Positions 15,976-20,000 of a stretch of 20,000 bases of DNA are shown piece after piece. The notes beneath the pieces were generated by a model. It made no database searches, had not been told where the DNA came from, and saw only the letters and a program-made list of their open reading frames with translations. Source of the DNA: an uncultured virus (IMG/VR IMGVR_UViG_3300028552_000008) (taxonomy: Duplodnaviria > Heunggongvirae > Uroviricota > Caudoviricetes); the IMG/VR virus record IMGVR_UViG_3300028552_000008, one strand, 5' to 3'. The number at the start of each line of letters is the position of its first letter. Position 1 is the first letter of the stretch. The position numbers were made by a program, and so were the translations under genes.

Positions 15976-16155
15976 GAACTGGTGCTGTATTAAATCTGGC
16001 TTACTAGACTGAATAGCAATATGGCATGAGCTGTTTATGTTGTCCACTCTTAACCAACTGTCCCGAATTGTCAATACAAGGATAGTTCTGTTAAGACGAT
16101 TGAGTCAGTAAGAAGGGTTCCTTGGCCGGGAATTCTTCTGTTGCAGCATCAGTTC
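15976..16155 (+). ncRNA. Candidate structured ncRNA element A (180 nt, multibranch)
   Basis: 14-bp closing stem GAACTGGTGCTGTA/TGCAGCATCAGTTC with nested stems; G-U pairs indicate the + strand. Confidence 0.55.
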
Positions 16156-16163
16156 TTTAATTT

Positions 16164-16339
16164 AGGCAGCATTGCAATAATTTTTAACTAGAAAAGCTGG
16201 TAGAGCGCGGATTCTTGACTAGCTGTATGTAGAGTTGCAGGATTAAACCGTGATCGCTGCAAACCAATCAGTATTAGTTAAATGGACTAATTCTTGCTAG
16301 TTAGGCATTAAGATACCTCCTATTATTGCAGTGCTGTCT
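16164..16339 (+). ncRNA. Candidate structured ncRNA element B (176 nt, cloverleaf-like junction on a long stem)
   Basis: 18-bp closing stem AGGCAGCATTGCAATAAT/ATTATTGCAGTGCTGTCT; inner TAACTAG/CTAGTTA closes three hairpins. Confidence 0.55.
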
Positions 16340-16448
16340 TCTTTTAGTCTTCTTTTTTAAGCGGTGTGTAACAGGAACCTCTAGTTTTAAAGCAAAAAAC
16401 GGATTGATGAGGTAGTTGCATATTGGTGCTTCTTAAAGGAGAAGGCTT

Positions 16449-16480
16449 GCACCTAGTCTAGTACTAGGTGCTTCAATTTT
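16449..16480 (+). terminator. Possible intrinsic terminator or processing hairpin
   Basis: GCACCTAGT-CTAGT-ACTAGGTGC followed by TTCAATTTT. Confidence 0.45.
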
Positions 16481-16512
16481 AGTTAACATTAACAACCACA
16501 ATTACTTAAACT

Positions 16513-17955
16513 ATGCAAAAAATAAAAGCTATAATCTTAGTTGGATTGAACTATGGTGATGAGGGGAAGGGATCTGTAACTGATAGTCTAGTCCAACACT
16601 TCAAGTCAGATTTGGTGGTTCGCTATAATGGTGGATTCCAAGCTGCCCACAATGTCCACAATGAGACAGGACATCACACCTTCCATCAGTTCGGTTCTGG
16701 TACCTTGAGTGGGGCTAGGACTTATATAGGTAGTGAAGTTATTATCTCGCCTAAATTGATGATGGATGAGGCTGACAGCTTGTATAAGCTTGGAGTAGAT
16801 AAACCATTATCTCTCATACATATATCGCCTAACTGCAGGATTACTACGCTATACCATATAGCGTTGAATCAAATGAGAGAATTAGCTCGCACAAATGTAC
16901 ACGGCAGTACTGGAAATGGTATTGGAGTTACTGCAGAATTAGCTAGACAACGTAGTAGTTGGGTCTTGAGAGTAAGAGATTTAAGTAAACATAAAAGTGA
17001 TGTCCTCCAGATTCTTAATTCAATCTATGAATACTGTTTTTTGAAATGCGTTGAATTGCAACATGATTATAAATTGGAAAGTCAAGCAGTAGAGGACTTG
17101 ATGCTTACCTTTAACATACCTCAATTAAACAACCAACTATACGATATTTACCTTGAATGGTTAAATCAGGTCAACGTTTGCCATAGTCTTGATATTATCA
17201 AAGACAGTAACCTTCCTATTTTTGAAGGAGCACAAGGAGTATTGTTGGATAAACTTCATGGTTTTCATCCTTACACTACCTGGTCTGATACTACTCCTAC
17301 CTATGCTATGGATATGTTGTATATATTAGGTATCCCTATACAGAATACTTATAAGTTAGGCATTACCAGGACTTTTATGACTAGGCATGGTAATGGTCCT
17401 CTTCTGACTGAAACAAATGATTTGAATGCTTTAATAGCACATGATCATAATAAGACAGGTAAATTCCAAGGATGTCTTAGGGTAGGTAATTTAGACTTGA
17501 TGGCTTTGCAATATGCTATTCAAAAGTGCGGTGGTCTTAATGGTCTGGCAGTTACTCACTGTGATTATTTAAGTAATCGTGAAGTACGTACAGTTTGCTG
17601 GACTTATGCTGGTATAGATTTGCTTAGTTACAATTGCAAGGAAGAAGCTGGTTTGGAAGCCTGGAATCTTACTAAGGCCTACTCTAAGAATAAGGCCCTG
17701 CTATATGAAGTTCCAGATTTATTAGCTGAAATTCAAAAGGTTACGAAGTTACCTATAGTAATAACTTCACACAGTAAATTCACAAAAGACAAATTATATA
17801 TGGGACTAGAACAAAATGAACTCCCGGCAACGTATACTCCAGTTAAAACTGCAGTACCGATTGTTGAGGAAGTGAGCAATCCTGAAGAAATTCAGATTAA
17901 ACAAGCTGATACGTTTCAACAAACTGAAGCAGCAAAACCAACAACAACTAATTAA
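16513..17955 (+). CDS. purA: Adenylosuccinate synthetase (divergent PurA type, not PurZ)
   Basis: GDEGKG, RYNGGFQAAH, GSTGNGIG, FEGAQGVLLD, HPYTTWS, TRHGNGP. Confidence 0.9.
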   Translation: MQKIKAIILVGLNYGDEGKGSVTDSLVQHFKSDLVVRYNGGFQAAHNVHNETGHHTFHQFGSGTLSGARTYIGSEVIISPKLMMDEADSLYKLGVDKPLSLIHISPNCRITTLYHIALNQMRELARTNVHGSTGNGIGVTAELARQRSSWVLRVRDLSKHKSDVLQILNSIYEYCFLKCVELQHDYKLESQAVEDLMLTFNIPQLNNQLYDIYLEWLNQVNVCHSLDIIKDSNLPIFEGAQGVLLDKLHGFHPYTTWSDTTPTYAMDMLYILGIPIQNTYKLGITRTFMTRHGNGPLLTETNDLNALIAHDHNKTGKFQGCLRVGNLDLMALQYAIQKCGGLNGLAVTHCDYLSNREVRTVCWTYAGIDLLSYNCKEEAGLEAWNLTKAYSKNKALLYEVPDLLAEIQKVTKLPIVITSHSKFTKDKLYMGLEQNELPATYTPVKTAVPIVEEVSNPEEIQIKQADTFQQTEAAKPTTTN

Positions 17956-17957
17956 TT

Positions 17958-18905
17958 ATGGGTTTTTCACATTATGATGCAACTATAACTAGAAGTTACA
18001 TCTCTTCTAGAACTGCTGCTGGCGTATCTGTAATGGATCATGCCGTAGCAGTGAATGAAGGAAGAGCTGAAAATAAGGCTCATCCAACGCTTGATATGAG
18101 AATTCCTAACCGGGCTGGTAGGATAATTAGAGAGAGTCTTGATAGTGAGGCTCATCCTAATAGTTTGCCAATCGCTGTATGTCTTGATACTACTGGTTCG
18201 ATGAGCACAATACCTTCCAAAGTAGTTTTGCAGTTGCCTAAGCTGATGGATTTGCTAATTAAAGCAAAGTATGTCTCTGATCCTCATATTCTGTTCGGGG
18301 CTGTAAATGATGCAACTACTTATCCTGCAGCTGCTCTTGAAGTCGGCCAGTTTGAGTCCGGTAATCAGATGGATGGTTGTCTTACCAATATTTTAGTCTC
18401 CCAAGGTGGCGGAGGTGGTACTCAATGCGAAAGCTATGAGTTAATCATGTTTGTGCTGGCAAGATTGACTGAATTGGATAGCCTGAAAAAACGTAATAAG
18501 AAAGGCTACTGTTTTATTTTGGGTGATGAAAAACCCTATTCTTTTGTTAGTAAGCTAGAGGTTAAGGAGTGGATTGGAATTGACATTGAAGCTGACATTC
18601 CTACTACCACAATTTTGGAGGAATTGAAGCAGAAGTTCAATGTTTACTGGTTGTTCCCTAGTAATGCTCAGAATAGCCGAGATAGAGGAGTTAAGGCTCA
18701 TCTTCAAGGATTGTTTGGGCAGAATCTTATCATGCTGAAAGATGAAGAGACTATCTGTACTACCATAGCAGCTACTATTGCTATTAATGAAGGTAGAGAT
18801 CCCCGTACTGTAACCGAAGAATTGAAGGATGGATTTAAGGACAATCCTGATGATATCCAAGTCATCATTGACTCCATACCGCCTCGTAGATTTGATGACT
18901 TGTAA
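17958..18905 (+). CDS. von Willebrand factor A (vWA) domain protein with tag variant PRRFDDL
   Basis: MIDAS-like LDTTGSM, GQFES, GGGG...ESYEL, FILGDE. Confidence 0.85.
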   Translation: MGFSHYDATITRSYISSRTAAGVSVMDHAVAVNEGRAENKAHPTLDMRIPNRAGRIIRESLDSEAHPNSLPIAVCLDTTGSMSTIPSKVVLQLPKLMDLLIKAKYVSDPHILFGAVNDATTYPAAALEVGQFESGNQMDGCLTNILVSQGGGGGTQCESYELIMFVLARLTELDSLKKRNKKGYCFILGDEKPYSFVSKLEVKEWIGIDIEADIPTTTILEELKQKFNVYWLFPSNAQNSRDRGVKAHLQGLFGQNLIMLKDEETICTTIAATIAINEGRDPRTVTEELKDGFKDNPDDIQVIIDSIPPRRFDDL

Positions 18906-18955
18906 TTGAGCAATTCGTTGCTCTGGTGGAGGCTGGCTTTAACTAGTTAGCCCTG

Positions 18956-19000
18956 GTGCAGTATATTCTATGTTTCTGAGTGTACTGCACTTTTAATTTT
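18956..19000 (+). terminator. Hairpin plus T tract (terminator-like), preceded by two further hairpins
   Basis: GTGCAGTATATTC-9nt-GAGTGTACTGCAC followed by TTTTAATTTT. Confidence 0.5.
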
Positions 19001-19003
19001 GAT

Positions 19004-19075
19004 GGTGCTATAGCTCAGTGGTAGAGCAAGCTCTTTATAAGGGTTAGGTCGATGGTTCGAATCCATCTAGCACTA
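19004..19075 (+). tRNA. tRNA-Ile (anticodon TAT), CCA not encoded
   Basis: Acceptor GGTGCTA/TAGCACT, D arm GCTC-AGTGGTA-GAGC, anticodon arm AGCTC-TTTATAA-GGGTT, T arm GATGG-TTCGAAT-CCATC. Confidence 0.92.
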
Positions 19076-19121
19076 CTACTTTCCATACACTCCCGTATAG
19101 TAACTTTTACACAAAATAACA

Positions 19122-19439
19122 ATGTCCTTCCCTATAATAATTAATGGTGGTGTAATGGGTATTTCTACCCAAACATGTATAGTTTGTGGCTTTCTAGCTG
19201 ATGGTTTCAATGTTTTAGGTTCATTTTGTAGTGCTCATAAACACATTCTAGTAAGAGAATTCTTACTAGAAGAGGATCTGGTTGTGCTAGATATTATTCC
19301 AGATCAAGAACTTAGAGAACATATTAAGAATTATATCAGGAAAACCAGCATAGATGATAGTAATGCTGAATGGTGGTGTAAAGCATCAAATAAAGGTAAA
19401 AGAGAATTTCGAAAACAACATCCAGAACTATTTAAATAA
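19122..19439 (+). CDS. Hypothetical protein (possible CxxC...CxxH zinc site)
   Basis: 105-aa ORF, CIVC...CSAH. Confidence 0.65.
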   Translation: MSFPIIINGGVMGISTQTCIVCGFLADGFNVLGSFCSAHKHILVREFLLEEDLVVLDIIPDQELREHIKNYIRKTSIDDSNAEWWCKASNKGKREFRKQHPELFK

Positions 19440-19568
19440 CATATAATTCTATTCTTACCAAGCGAGAAATGTGATAATAGAGTAAGAGTACTTGCAATAG
19501 TACTCATTTTATTCATAGTAGTAGTTTTGACATTAGTAGTATTAGCTCCTCTATCTTCTATTAAAACA

Positions 19569-20000
19569 ATGAAAATAACATCAGATACCACGATAACAGC
19601 TAGTGAAGGTGAACTAGAAGTACGAATGGGTAAAGGTATGACTTCAGTTTATGTCAAGAAGCAAGAAAAACTTGTTTTGTATACTAATGAAGTATCAACT
19701 CTTATTCAACTTCTACAAACTGCTAACACTAATACTCCTGAAGCGAACAGGGATAGAGCATTATTACTACAAGAACTTGTAGCTACTGATCCTATTATAA
19801 GTAAGTTTCCTACTCATCATGTAGTAGATGCTTACCAACAAATGCTTAGAATTGCTCCAGAATTAAGTAGTGAGAAGGAAATTACTAGAGCATTCCTTAG
19901 ACAAGCTGGTGCGAGTCAGGCCATTTCACCATTTGAGGCAGCTGACTTAATTAAGGCGAATACAGGTTTATTTAAGCAACATCAACTACAAAGAGGACTA
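19569..20000 (+). CDS. Partial hypothetical protein (runs off the window)
   Basis: Open frame MKITSDTTITASEGELEVRMG...DAYQQMLRIAPELSSEKEITRAFLRQ...; the frame is open from 19440, so the true start is uncertain. Confidence 0.65.
   Translation, partial: MKITSDTTITASEGELEVRMGKGMTSVYVKKQEKLVLYTNEVSTLIQLLQTANTNTPEANRDRALLLQELVATDPIISKFPTHHVVDAYQQMLRIAPELSSEKEITRAFLRQAGASQAISPFEAADLIKANTGLFKQHQLQRGL

Noticed and set aside
16513..17955. PurZ (2-aminoadenine DNA pathway)
   Set aside because: The N-terminal motif is GDEGKG (PurA type, Asp retained), and no datZ- or mazZ-like neighbour was recognised.
879..19591. Minus-strand ORFs (879, 1466, 5999, 6776, 6859, 11056, 17967, 18555, 18704, 19331) and the nested + ORF at 15354
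   Set aside because: They overlap better-supported + strand genes and show no recognisable motifs.
1..20000. Genome-wide stop-codon reassignment (TAG or TGA)
   Set aside because: Long enzymes are intact in code 11. TAG ends genes just before tRNAs (9804, 11418, 12316), and TGA and TAA are used interchangeably after the conserved tag.

Overview
AT-rich, densely packed window with every supported gene on the + strand (frequent ATGA/TAATG overlaps, A-rich leaders without obvious Shine-Dalgarno sites), most consistent with the accessory and nucleotide-metabolism region of a large dsDNA bacteriophage using genetic code 11. Recognisable genes: ATP-dependent DNA ligase, PTH2-like peptidyl-tRNA hydrolase, DUF4343-like ATP-grasp protein, cyclic-phosphate-processing REC-like protein, AAA+ ATPase, HAD 5'(3')-nucleotidase, HNH nuclease, WGR protein, PurA-type adenylosuccinate synthetase next to a vWA protein, and five dispersed, partly non-canonical tRNAs (Leu-TAG, Leu-TAA, Ser-ACT, Arg-CCT, Ile-TAT). 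The standout observation is a shared C-terminal peptide, [DNES]-R-x-[LI]-[DE]-x-x-L-stop. It ends 14 small proteins from two unrelated families (six Cys-x-x repeat paralogs and eight SH3/KOW-like proteins), occurs as variants on the WGR and vWA proteins, and survives as two out-of-frame remnants. This suggests a possibly undescribed C-terminal addressing or tagging system built from shuffled cassettes. A roughly 690-nt gap (15821-16512) holds a tandem series of structured RNA-like elements. All family calls come from motif recognition by eye, not from database searches.
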